Origin: a virus
Taxonomy: Duplodnaviria > Caudoviricetes
Reading direction: 5' to 3' (one strand)
DNA length: 64,000 nucleotides
Virus record (IMG/VR): IMGVR_UViG_3300031949_001696
Part shown: positions 8,347-17,059 of the stretch, one piece after another
How the letters are laid out: each line of letters starts with the position of its first letter
Numbering within the stretch: the first letter of the stretch is position 1
Translations under genes and position numbers: made by a program
Notes under the pieces: model-generated
Seen by the model: the letters and a program-made list of their open reading frames with translations, nothing else
Databases searched by the model: none
Told to the model about the DNA's origin: nothing

Positions 8347-8799
8347 GTGAGTGATAAAATCGCGAGGCTCGGCATCGAGCGCGACAACAACCTGATGTAC
8401 TACATCAAGAACGACGGTAATGTCTGGGCCACTCCCCGCAAGCAGAAGGGACAGCCCAAGGGCAAGGCCCAGAAGGTCGCAGAGACGGGGCTCGAGCTGG
8501 ACTACAGCCGCTATCTGTACTTCCTCGATGGCGACGGCGACGTCGCGCGCAAGGAGCGCGCCCTGGGCGGTGGTCGTAAAGCGAAGGCCAAGGCGGCCAA
8601 GCCGACCAAGGCGGCGACCGCAGCTCCAGCGACTCCGAAGAAGACGGGAACGAAGACCGAGGCAGAACTCGACGCCGATATCGCCGAGTGCCTCGCTCAG
8701 GCGAAGAAGAAGGCTGGGAACGGCAACGGCACCAAGCCCGCCAGCAAGCCTGTAACGAAGACGAAGAAGGCGAAGACGCCGAAGAAGAAGCGCCGCTAG
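8347..8799 (+). CDS. Lys/Ala-rich putative nucleic-acid-binding protein with internal KTEAELDADIAECL tag
   Basis: Duplicated Y-Y/F-x-x-x-DG-x-V beta motif, histone H1-like tail, RBS GAGGAG. Confidence 0.7.
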   Translation: MSDKIARLGIERDNNLMYYIKNDGNVWATPRKQKGQPKGKAQKVAETGLELDYSRYLYFLDGDGDVARKERALGGGRKAKAKAAKPTKAATAAPATPKKTGTKTEAELDADIAECLAQAKKKAGNGNGTKPASKPVTKTKKAKTPKKKRR

Positions 8800-9127
8800 T
8801 CGCAACGTCGTTGCTTCAGAACCGGTAAAGCGCAAGCCCGGAGGTCTTCACGATGATCAAAGGACCGTGGCCGCTGTCCTCCGACAAGATGCGGTACGAG
8901 ATCCAGCTTGAGGGTCCTATCCTCACGCCAATGTTTCATGGTGAGCGCGTCGCGCTTCGGGTGAGCGCGTCGGACCACGAAATATTGCGACGGGGCCCCG
9001 GCACCTACGGCGTCATCACGGATCTCGACACCACGACTGGAAGCACTAGTCGCAACGAAGTTGCAGCGATGGCGCTGCCAGGTGACACTCGGGTGATGCA
9101 GTCTAACGGTCACGCGGAGACTTCGAG

Positions 9128-9514
9128 ATGAAGTGGAAGACGCTGCTCGCAGATCTCGATGAGTCCACGACACGCAAGCAGCTTCGCGCGCGCATCCAGC
9201 GACTGCTCGACAAGTGGCAGCCGATCTTGGGCGTCCAGATCGACGACTGGGATCTGCGGAAGATGAAGTTGTACTGGGGATCGTCGCGGCGTGCGGGCTG
9301 CGACGCGTTCGCCTGCCGAGACGGGCACATCACGTTCAACACCGAGCTCGCGAAGCTACCGGCGCGCTATGTCGAGTACCTCGTGGTCCACGAGCTGGTG
9401 CACCACTTGACCGACGGCCATGACGCGAAGTTCTACAAACTGATGGATCAGCATCTGCCGGGCTGGCGACAGTTGCAGGCGCGGATCGAGGAACCGCTCA
9501 AGCGATACAGCTGA
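9128..9514 (+). CDS. YgjP/DUF45-like (SprT/M48-type) metallohydrolase
   Basis: MK..WGS, ITFNTEL, EYLVVHELVH, HD.KFY. Confidence 0.85.
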   Translation: MKWKTLLADLDESTTRKQLRARIQRLLDKWQPILGVQIDDWDLRKMKLYWGSSRRAGCDAFACRDGHITFNTELAKLPARYVEYLVVHELVHHLTDGHDAKFYKLMDQHLPGWRQLQARIEEPLKRYS

Positions 9515-9945
9515 TGAGACTTGTGCCCGATCTGGAGGCGCGTTTCATTCGGCACGAGGTCCGCGTCGAGATGCGGCGGTTCGTCAAGCCCGAGGCATTC
9601 GCAGAGAGGCCGAGCGGTCCTTACACTGAAAGCGACTTCGAGGAGCGGACAGGACCTGTCGTGTACATTCCCGTCGTCGAGACGCTCGCGGAGGCTGACG
9701 GTGTGTGGTTGCTGTGCCCGAAGTGCTACGCGGAGAACGGAGGCTGCGTCGGCACGCACGCGGTGATCTGCTGGTTCGTCGGCAAGGTCGATGACGACGT
9801 CGACCCCAAGCCCGGACGGTGGACGCCGGCCGGGACGGGCCTTTCCGACCTGACGTTCGTGCCGAGCGCGGGCCGCAGCCATTCCGTGTTGCTCACGGGC
9901 GGGTGCATGGCGCACTTCTTCGTGAATAATGGAGATGCTCTATGA
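9514..9945 (+). CDS. Cys/His-rich phage hypothetical protein (CPKC...GC.AHFFV..G)
   Basis: ORF translationally coupled on both sides. Confidence 0.6.
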   Translation: MRLVPDLEARFIRHEVRVEMRRFVKPEAFAERPSGPYTESDFEERTGPVVYIPVVETLAEADGVWLLCPKCYAENGGCVGTHAVICWFVGKVDDDVDPKPGRWTPAGTGLSDLTFVPSAGRSHSVLLTGGCMAHFFVNNGDAL

Positions 9946-10619
9946 GGTGTGGTCTCTATAAGATCCTTGGGCCAGGCGGAAGATTCTATGTAGGCCAATC
10001 AATCGACATTTCAGCGCGTTGGCATTATCACCGCACGCAGCTTCGGTGTGGAACGCACGGGAATGCAAAACTACAAAACGCCTGGAACAAGTATGGCGAG
10101 AGCGCCTTCATCTTTGGGGTGATCGCTTTTTATCCTGTCGAGGACCTCGATCGTCACGAGCAGATCTGGCTTGACACCACTGATGCCGTCTCGCATGGAT
10201 ACAACATCGTGGCATTCGCCTCATCGAACCGAGGCTTTGCAAATCCAAAGGTGTCTGAGCGAAATCGACGAACACGAGGCAAGGATCATCCATCGTTCGG
10301 AAAGCCACGGCCTGATCTTGCAGCACGTAACCGCACGGAGCCTAATCCCATGAAGGGTAAGAAGCTGCCTGAGACAAGCGCTGTAAGAGTACGTGCACGT
10401 CTACGAGGACCACTGCATTTCAACTATGGCAAGAAGCGCGTGCATCCGCAGCATCTGTTTGGTCCGCAGAAACTGCGCGCACATATTGATGTCATTCAGC
10501 AGCGGCTACGCGCGGGTGAAACCGTCGCGGCGTTGGCGATCGAATTCGGGGTAAACTGGAAGACCGTCGACAAGATCAAGCGCTGGCACGGCCACGTGGT
10601 CAACGGGGTCGCGAGTTGA
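9942..10619 (+). CDS. GIY-YIG homing endonuclease with NUMOD-like repeats and C-terminal HTH
   Basis: GLYKI...FYVGQS.D..ARW..H, LQNAWNKYG, GYN; lower GC than flanks. Confidence 0.88.
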   Translation: MRCGLYKILGPGGRFYVGQSIDISARWHYHRTQLRCGTHGNAKLQNAWNKYGESAFIFGVIAFYPVEDLDRHEQIWLDTTDAVSHGYNIVAFASSNRGFANPKVSERNRRTRGKDHPSFGKPRPDLAARNRTEPNPMKGKKLPETSAVRVRARLRGPLHFNYGKKRVHPQHLFGPQKLRAHIDVIQQRLRAGETVAALAIEFGVNWKTVDKIKRWHGHVVNGVAS

Positions 10620-10694
10620 CGTGGTGGTGTGCTTGGCAGCGATGAACCAGTGCGGCGAATACGGACGCGTGTTGTTCGGCCGCAACGGGGTTCA

Positions 10695-11285
10695 ATGAAG
10701 TTGAAAGTTCCAAAGCTGGATTGGAAGGGAAAGACGCTCAAGCTTCGCTCGATCGTTCTCTCGGGCGCACCGCTCGTCGAGATTGATCGTGAGGTGCTCG
10801 ACATGTTTGACTTCATGCGCAAGACGCTGCGTGGTGATCACAACGCTGAAGAAGCTAATCTTCCCATGATGCAAGCATCGCCAGCATCGATGCAGTGTCT
10901 TATGCGCTTTATGTGGGAGCCTTACTCCGATGGTAAGGGCGCCGTCGAGTCCATCTACGGCTGGATCCTGGACGCCACGACGTACTGCGTAGACGGAAAG
11001 CCTTGGTGGCTCGTTCGCGCGAACAACAAGCTGGATGAACCACCGGCGAGATCGATCCTCAAGATCGAACGTGTCGACTGTCTTGGCGCAGATGTACAAC
11101 GCGATCGGATCATGAACTGCTCGTTCGGTGGCGGTCGCGGATACTCGATGTGGTGGACGTGGATCAATCAGCTTCCGATGCTGGAGATGCAGGTACGGAA
11201 GAAGCCCTTCGACATGCGTATTGTGGAGGAAGGATCTCCCTTGCCGGTTGGATACGAGCGAATGCCGCGTGCGATGTCAGCCTAG
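10695..11285 (+). CDS. Hypothetical protein
   Basis: Long ORF with natural composition. Confidence 0.6.
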   Translation: MKLKVPKLDWKGKTLKLRSIVLSGAPLVEIDREVLDMFDFMRKTLRGDHNAEEANLPMMQASPASMQCLMRFMWEPYSDGKGAVESIYGWILDATTYCVDGKPWWLVRANNKLDEPPARSILKIERVDCLGADVQRDRIMNCSFGGGRGYSMWWTWINQLPMLEMQVRKKPFDMRIVEEGSPLPVGYERMPRAMSA

Positions 11286-11704
11286 TCGCGCGCCGTCTTG
11301 CTGCCGACTAAATTTCGACATCGTCAACGCACGGCGCGTCGAGCCAGTGCCGAACGATCCGCCGGCCGGCGATCCGCTCGACGACGGCGGGACGCCACTT
11401 GTCGTCACCGCGCTTGCACATGCCGCACGCGATCTTCGGGTTGCCGAACAGGCGCCCGCGGCACTTGTCGCAGCCGAGCCCTTTGCGCTTCGCGAACCAC
11501 CAGACCGATTGTTCGCAGACGCAGTCGATGTTGCCAGTGGGATGGATGCGCGCGAGGTGATCGCGGCGGCGCCGCGCTCCCTTACGGTACGTACGATCTC
11601 GACGAGCCTCTCGCTTCTTCACGTGAACCTCCAAGCGCGCCCGCGAGGCGCGCGATAGTGAGGTCCAAGCTCGTCACGTTTTTACTGTACCAGTTTCGAT
11701 TGAG

Positions 11705-11780
11705 AGAGCCCGGCGGGAGTCGAACCCGCGACCAACGATTTCATCACTTCGCTGCTCTAACCAACCTGAGCTACGGGCCC
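11705..11780 (-). tRNA. tRNA-like gene, Ile-type body, aberrant anticodon loop containing GAT
   Basis: GGGCCCG-TA-GCTCAGGTTGGTTAGAGC; T arm GCGGG-TTCGACT-CCCGC; anticodon arm GCGA-AGTGATGAAA-TCGT. Confidence 0.75.
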
Positions 11781-11852
11781 GAACGGGTCGCGCTTCGCCA
11801 CGTCTGAGGTGGCGACGAAGGCGATGGATTCCGAGCCCACCACAAGCGCTAG

Positions 11853-11926
11853 CGGATCCCACCGGAGTCGAACCGGCCATGGCGAGGTCATTATTCTCGC
11901 TGCTTCTCCTCGAAGACTTGAGATCC
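11853..11926 (-). tRNA. tRNA-like gene, identity undetermined, 9-nt anticodon loop
   Basis: Acceptor GGATCTC/GGGATCC, arm GCGAG-AATAATGAC-CTCGC, T arm GCCGG-TTCGACT-CCGGT. Confidence 0.65.
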
Positions 11927-11931
11927 ATACG

Positions 11932-12007
11932 TGCAGGGAGGTGGGATCGAACCGACCGACCTCCGGCCATGTGATGTACCGGTGCTCTACCACTGAGCTA
12001 TTCCTGC
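11932..12007 (-). tRNA. tRNA-like gene, Gly-like body, 10-nt anticodon loop
   Basis: GCAGGAA-TA-GCTCAGTGGTAGAGC; arm CCGGT-ACATCACATG-GCCGG; TTCGATC loop. Confidence 0.7.
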
Positions 12008-12010
12008 AAG

Positions 12011-12082
12011 AGCCTTCGCACGGAGTTGAACCGCGGGTCGCCTCGTTAGAAACGAGGTGCTCTGACGTTGAGCTACGAAGGC
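12011..12082 (-). tRNA. tRNA with TCT anticodon (nominally Arg), degenerate D loop
   Basis: Acceptor GCCTTCG/CGAAGGC, arm CCTCG-TTTCTAA-CGAGG, T loop TTCAACT. Confidence 0.75.
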
Positions 12083-12154
12083 ATGGCGGAGGCGCCACCT
12101 CCGGCGTCCAGCTCGCGCTGTGCGCCGGTTGATCCGGTAACGCCTCCATAAGCG

Positions 12155-12613
12155 TTAGCGAACGAGCCGCAAGCTCGACACCGCCTTTCCGACCGTCTTG
12201 CGATCATGTGTGGGGTGAACTCCGATCGCGGTCGCCTGTTCGTCAAACGGACCGGCGTTTTCGCGGATCAAGACGTGCGGAACGCCGCGCGCGGTGAGAC
12301 GCGCAGCGATCGCGAGCAGCTCGGCCTCGTTCGGGACGCCGAGCACCACGGCGATGGATCCCGGCGGAGCGGGACCACTCTCGCCGGCGGCGTGTGCGAC
12401 GTGGGCGGCGAGGACGCCTTTCGGCAGGTCTTCGCGGACGACCACGTAGTGTGTCTTCGGAGGGTCCGAGGACGGGGTCTTGGGGACGCTGCTCGACGAG
12501 GAACTCGGAGCGGCATCATCGGCCTGGGGAAACGCAGAGAACGCTCGAAGGCGCTCACGGTCAATGGCTTTGCGACATGCAGCTATCCTGCGGCGCCGTT
12601 CGCGGGATGTCAA
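12155..12613 (-). CDS. Peptidyl-tRNA hydrolase, Pth2-like (start uncertain)
   Basis: YVVVREDLPKGVLAAHVAHA, VVLGVPNEAEL, LIRE, TAIGV.P, SLRL. Confidence 0.82.
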   Translation of the reverse strand: MTSRERRRRIAACRKAIDRERLRAFSAFPQADDAAPSSSSSSVPKTPSSDPPKTHYVVVREDLPKGVLAAHVAHAAGESGPAPPGSIAVVLGVPNEAELLAIAARLTARGVPHVLIRENAGPFDEQATAIGVHPTHDRKTVGKAVSSLRLVR

Positions 12614-12818
12614 GTGGGGTTGTGATCATGAAGCACCCGCTCCTCGCGCGGAGCGGGTGAAAGAACCGAGCCTGCGCGGGCTCACCAGCTCGTGTCCGAT
12701 CGTCATCGGGCGTTGCGGGACGCCGAGAGATGGCGTGCCTTGCGGCAGAGGCCCGGCGGGTGTGTTGTGGCGACTCTAGCACTTGATCGTGATCGACTCG
12801 CTCGCGCGATCGAAATTG

Positions 12819-12847
12819 TTGACGATCGCGCGGCTCACGAGTAGTTT
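12819..12847 (+). promoter_or_regulatory. Sigma70-type promoter for tRNA-Met/Ser/RF unit
   Basis: TTGACG-17 nt-TAGTTT just before tRNA-Met. Confidence 0.6.
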
Positions 12848-12852
12848 CTTCG

Positions 12853-12925
12853 TGCGGGGAGAGTGCTGGTTCTCAGAGTGGTCTCATAAGCCTCTTGACG
12901 TCGGTTCGATTCCGACCCCACGCAA
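12853..12925 (+). tRNA. tRNA-Met(CAT)
   Basis: CTCATAA loop, T arm GTCGG-TTCGATT-CCGAC, bulged acceptor TGCGGGG/CCCACGCA. Confidence 0.78.
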
Positions 12926-12937
12926 CGAAGTGTTCCG

Positions 12938-12982
12938 ATGACGTCGCACCTCTCATCTCTGTCTAGTCGCAGTCGCTCGTAG
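12938..12982 (+). CDS. Putative Ser-rich leader peptide MTSHLSSLSSRSRS
   Basis: 7 of 14 codons are Ser (TCG, TCA, TCT, TCT, AGT, AGT, TCG); stop inside hairpin 12971-13000; precedes two tRNA-Ser. Confidence 0.68.
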   Translation: MTSHLSSLSSRSRS

Positions 12983-13003
12983 CGTCGCTACGTGCTGACT
13001 CCT

Positions 13004-13089
13004 GGAAGGTGAGGTGGGGGCTGGTCCCCACGCCCGTCTCGAAAACGGGATGCCCCGAAAGGGGCCGGGTTCAATTCCTACTCCTTCCG
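13004..13089 (+). tRNA. tRNA-Ser(CGA), tRNA-Sec-like/allo-tRNA (8/4-type) fold
   Basis: 6-bp D stem TGGGGG-CTGG-TCCCCA, CCCGT-CTCGAAA-ACGGG, long V arm, short T stem, G73. Confidence 0.8.
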
Positions 13090-13100
13090 CTGCGAAAAAT

Positions 13101-13185
13101 GGAAGGCGAGTCCGAGCAGGTGCTGGAGGCCGGTTGCTAACCGGTTAGTCGCGTGAGCGACCGGGTTCGAGTCCCCCGTCTTCCG
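13101..13185 (+). tRNA. tRNA-Ser(GCT), 8/4-type fold
   Basis: 8-bp acceptor GGAAGGCG/CGTCTTCC, GCCGG-TTGCTAA-CCGGT, V arm GTCGC-GTGA-GCGAC, G73. Confidence 0.82.
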
Positions 13186-13194
13186 CGGAGGAAA

Positions 13195-13882
13195 ATGATC
13201 ATGAACGCTTCATCCGATTCCGTTGTCGTCGAGGTCCGTGCTGCGGAAGGCGGCAACGATGCCAAGCTCCTCGTACTCGAGCAAGTGAAGATCTACGTGC
13301 GGCTCTGCGGCCGGAGGTCTCTTTGACGTCGAACTCGTAGAGGATCGCCCCGGCATCGCCGTGCTCTGCGTCTCGGGCCGCGGCGCCACGGCGCTGTTCG
13401 CGGGCGAAGCGGGCGGGCACCGATGGCAACGCGTGCCCGAGACTGAGAAGCGCGGTCGTGTACATACGAGCACGATCACCGTCGCCGTGCTCGAAGAGCC
13501 GCGTCACGTCGACCAGACGATCCGGCCCGAGGACGTCGACGTCGAGACGATGCGCGGATCAGGTGCCGGCGGCCAGCACCGAAACAAGACCGACTCGGCC
13601 GTGCGCGCGCGCCACCGGCCGACCGGCATCGAGGTCCGCTGCGAGGCGGAACGATCGCAGCATCGGAATCGTGAGCTGGCGATGCTCGTGCTCTCCGCGC
13701 GTGTCGCGGAGCTGACGCGATCGGCCGTGCAGGGAGCGCGCGACGCTGATCGACGACAGCAGTTAGGATCGGGGATGCGCGGCTGCAAGATAAGAACGAT
13801 TCGTGTGCAGCACGACGTAGTGGTAGACCATCAGACAGGTCGACAGTGGGCGCTGAAACAATACCTTCGCGGCGACTGGTGA
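13195..13882 (+). CDS. Class I peptide release factor-like protein (PxT and GGQ motifs, lacks domain 1), join(13195..13323,13325..13882) by +1 frameshift
   Basis: Frame 0 VEVRAAEGG.DA; frame +1 GEAGGHRWQRVPETEKRGRVHTST and SGAGGQHRNKTDSAVR; GGAGG-TCT-CTT-TGA-C at 13313-13327. Confidence 0.92.
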
Positions 13883-14799
13883 TGGACGACGATGAGATGG
13901 CGAGTGCTTACCTTTCCGGCGCGTCTCTACCGCAGATCGCAGCTGTCAACGGACGTCCTTACGACTTCGCACGTCGTCACGTATTGCGAGCCGGCGCTAC
14001 GCCGCGGAGTTCCGCGGAAGGTGTCCATCTCGCCAAGCGCGTACAGCAGGACGTTGAGGTGACAGAAGAGCTGACCGAACTGATCGACGGCCTTCTTCTT
14101 GGTGACGGCCATCTAGAAGCTACGCAGTGGAGCGCGCGTCTGACACTTGGACAAACAGCAGCCCATCTTCCATGGCTACAGCAAGTACACGGCATTCTTA
14201 CGCGGAGTGGCGTTGCGTCGACAATACAAGTTCACGGGCGCGCAGGTCAGATGAGCGTGCACGGAAAGCGATTTCGCCGTCGACGATCACGCGCGTTGCG
14301 TACAGCGCGCTATGTGTTTCTGAAAGCAGTGCATGCGCGTTGGTATCCGAATGGCGTAAAGCGGGTACCGCAAGATGTTCGCCTAACGCCGCTTTCGATC
14401 GCGCATTGGTATTTTGGCGACGGTACTGTTGGGTGTCGTGGTTACCACGCAAAATTCTGCACTGATGGGTTCTCGGCGGCTGATGTGCGCAGGCTCATGC
14501 AGGCGCTCACGGAGCGGTTTGCATGGGCGCCTGTTCTTGAGCAACGAAACCGAATCTTACTTTGCAAGACGTGCGATCGAGCTTCTCTCGTCAAAATGCT
14601 ACGAAGCTCACAGGTCCCGCGCTGCTTCCGTCACAAGCTTCGGCTGCGACTTCAAGATCGTAGATTCGTCGTTATAGGAACCAAGGAAGAGCGCCTGCGC
14701 GACTTGCGCCTGCGCGAGCTGAGCTACGGCAGGATCGCGATGGAATTGAAATTGTCGAAGAGTGGCGTCTTCAGCGCCTGTCAGCGTTTAGGCGTTTAG
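13882..14799 (+). CDS. Double-motif LAGLIDADG homing endonuclease with terminal HTHs
   Basis: LIDGLLLGDG and IAHWYFGDG, WYPNGVKRVP, FCTDGF. Confidence 0.88.
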   Translation: MDDDEMASAYLSGASLPQIAAVNGRPYDFARRHVLRAGATPRSSAEGVHLAKRVQQDVEVTEELTELIDGLLLGDGHLEATQWSARLTLGQTAAHLPWLQQVHGILTRSGVASTIQVHGRAGQMSVHGKRFRRRRSRALRTARYVFLKAVHARWYPNGVKRVPQDVRLTPLSIAHWYFGDGTVGCRGYHAKFCTDGFSAADVRRLMQALTERFAWAPVLEQRNRILLCKTCDRASLVKMLRSSQVPRCFRHKLRLRLQDRRFVVIGTKEERLRDLRLRELSYGRIAMELKLSKSGVFSACQRLGV

Positions 14800-15022
14800 G
14801 GATCTGAGTCCACGCGGCGACAAGCGCCATCCGCACGCAAGGAAGCGGCCTGTTGTTTTCATGCAGGCACTCTACCCGGGTTCGCCTCGTCGCAGTCGGT
14901 GAGTGCCAACTGACCGTGGGGCCCCGCGCAGTTGGAGATCTTGCCACGGGTCCGCGGCCCCCGATCACGTCGACGGCCGGACGTGGCGCTACAAGGCGTA
15001 CGCACGCGGCGACTGGTGAGGC

Positions 15023-15280
15023 TCAGCCGTCTTCCGCTTCACACGTTCGTTTGCGGTCGAGAGACTCGATCGCCGCGATCGCGAGCGCGGCGATCACGAC
15101 CAGCTCGTGCCGATACTCGTCGTCGCCCGCTCCATGCCGCGTGGCGCGGATGCGGTGCTCGTCGAGCAGGCGCAGCCACGTCAGGCGATCGAGACGATCG
15201 TCGGCGGACGCACCGCCCCATTTCTCCGCCGCGCTCTCAAGCTCGGCTTCGACCTGCGCGAGCACATCGGATCTTTTCAC
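15023..15280 (-). CDS. Small MazG-like all-alpha phage protein
   Basis: V.AE..A..KWG and YRHELVVIAALAIAAIESLDR pattern. Confidence 0.5.
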   Translation of the reverse strand: MKRSDVLAQVEAELESAAEKWGGASADDRLDRLTWLRLLDEHRIRATRHGAGDDEYRHELVVIAALAIAAIESLDRKRTCEAEDG

Positions 15281-15299
15281 GTGTGGCGATGCCCTCGCG

Positions 15300-15773
15300 C
15301 TACTCGACGCCGATCGTCGCGGTTACGACGAACACGTTCCCTGCCATGTTCAGGATGGTGAGCCGCAGGTCGAAGAAGTCGTCTCGCGAGAGCTTCAGCC
15401 CGTCGGTCTTGACCGACTTGAGGCCGGTCGTCTCGCCGGGAACCCACGTGACGACGAAGTCGGGGACCGCGACTCCGTTCTTGAACAACTGGACGGTGAC
15501 TAAACCCGTGCCCGGCACGAGTACGGGCGGGGCGATGTTGACGGCCAGGTCCTTCAGCTTGCCGCGACGGGCGACGGGGTACGACACGACCGCGACCGTG
15601 CTGTCACTGAGGATGACGGGGCCGGCGTCGCCGAGGTACGTCGTCTGCGACGCGAGGAGAACCGGGACGATCCCAGAAAACTTGAGGTAGGAGCTGTTCT
15701 CCTTGTGCTTCTTGTCGCACCCGCATTTGGAGCCGCCGCAACAAGGATCGCAACCGCAACAGGTGGAGCCCAT
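15300..15773 (-). CDS. Cys-rich N-terminus plus beta-sandwich protein, possibly structural
   Basis: CCGCDPCCGGSKCGC start; beta-rich body; CATGAT 6 nt before ATG. Confidence 0.6.
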   Translation of the reverse strand: MGSTCCGCDPCCGGSKCGCDKKHKENSSYLKFSGIVPVLLASQTTYLGDAGPVILSDSTVAVVSYPVARRGKLKDLAVNIAPPVLVPGTGLVTVQLFKNGVAVPDFVVTWVPGETTGLKSVKTDGLKLSRDDFFDLRLTILNMAGNVFVVTATIGVE

Positions 15774-16008
15774 ATGGCGATCATGGCGTCTGCCCGTCGA
15801 GAGGACAAGAAATCGGCATTCGCGCCGTGTGAGACCCCAGCTATCCTTTGACGACTAACGGGGTTTTAAGGCGGCATCGGGCCCAGCCATTTGCCCCCGC
15901 GCAGAAATTCGCGCACTAGCTTCGGAGGCGCGAAACCAGGATCTTCGCTGGATCACCACCGGTTCTCCTAAACTTGGCGCGACCACCGGTCGAGCTAGTT
16001 TCGCGTTA

Positions 16009-16986
16009 TCAGCCCCAGCCTGCGATCCCGGTCGACTCCGGCCAGCCGTACCAACTGCCTGCGATTTGAGATCTCCGCATCAGGGCGAACTGGTCGTACA
16101 AAGGAGCGCCGCGGTTCTTCGTGAAGTCGAACGCGGCGATGTACGTGTAGCGATCGGGCTGATCGAGGAGCCAGGAATACTGTGTGTCGAGGTTGTACCG
16201 GTGAGGAAACTCCTGATGGACCAGAGATCCGTCGCGCCGTTCGATGACGAGGACGTATGGTGTCACGGTCTCGTTGAGCGCGCGCTGGGCGAGGTCCGTT
16301 GCGCGCTGGCGCCGCCGCTTGATGTCCTCGTAGATCTGGAGCCAGATCTTGGACATCTCGCGATCTTTTGGATCGTGCATGTCGAGATGTTGGCCGGGCT
16401 TGTACTTCGTGATCGCCCAGAATGTCGCGTTGGTCGTGTTGGTCAGGACGCGGTCGGTCACGGGGCGATGCGGTGGCGCGTAGGCTTCGCGCCTCCGTTC
16501 GGTGAGTTTTTCTCCCGATAGATCGGCGACCAGGCGCGCGTAGCCTTTGTGAGCCCGCTCGGCGAGCTTCGTGCCCGATGCCTCGGCGACTGGGATGAAA
16601 TCGGTCCACGATGCGAGGTGACCACTGTTGATCGTGAGCAGCCAGAGCGAGATCTGGTAGCCGACGACAGGTGCTGCGCGCTGCGATCTGCGATCGATCC
16701 GTCCGTACAGCAGGTAGTTGGCGTTGAGCGCGCGACCGATCTTGGTCAGGCACTCCTTCCGATCGTCCGGACAGTTGTGCATTACCTTCTGGTCGAGTAG
16801 TTCCTTGTCGCTGTTCGGCGCGATCGCGTACGGCCCGTTGGCCGCGCGTGAACGTAGAGCAGCTGTCAGCTCTCGTGCGATTCGCAATGATGCCAGATCG
16901 ATCGCTCCCACAACCTCAAGGCCGAGGATCGCGATCGTCGCCGCGGCGCGCGGATCTTGACCGACGTAGTAGTAGGGGGGAAGCAT
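16009..16986 (-). CDS. Protein with an N-terminal domain like that of myxobacterial PEGA-associated proteins
   Basis: IAILGLE...C.....CL.KIGRALNA.YLLYG.I pattern, recalled rather than searched. Confidence 0.5.
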   Translation of the reverse strand: MLPPYYYVGQDPRAAATIAILGLEVVGAIDLASLRIARELTAALRSRAANGPYAIAPNSDKELLDQKVMHNCPDDRKECLTKIGRALNANYLLYGRIDRRSQRAAPVVGYQISLWLLTINSGHLASWTDFIPVAEASGTKLAERAHKGYARLVADLSGEKLTERRREAYAPPHRPVTDRVLTNTTNATFWAITKYKPGQHLDMHDPKDREMSKIWLQIYEDIKRRRQRATDLAQRALNETVTPYVLVIERRDGSLVHQEFPHRYNLDTQYSWLLDQPDRYTYIAAFDFTKNRGAPLYDQFALMRRSQIAGSWYGWPESTGIAGWG

Positions 16987-17059
16987 CGGATCTCCGTTTT
17001 GGAGCAGCTACGAGGATAGCATTCGCGCGGGGGCCGACGCGAGATAGTCGCGGGACTGG

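Noticed and set aside
13004-13185. tRNA-Sec or stop-codon recoding of the genome
   Set aside because: Anticodons are CGA and GCT; genes terminate normally at TGA, TAG and TAA
13846-14799. Intein or group I intron in the release factor
   Set aside because: The RF ends with a natural C-terminus before the endonuclease ATG; no splice motifs or downstream exon seen
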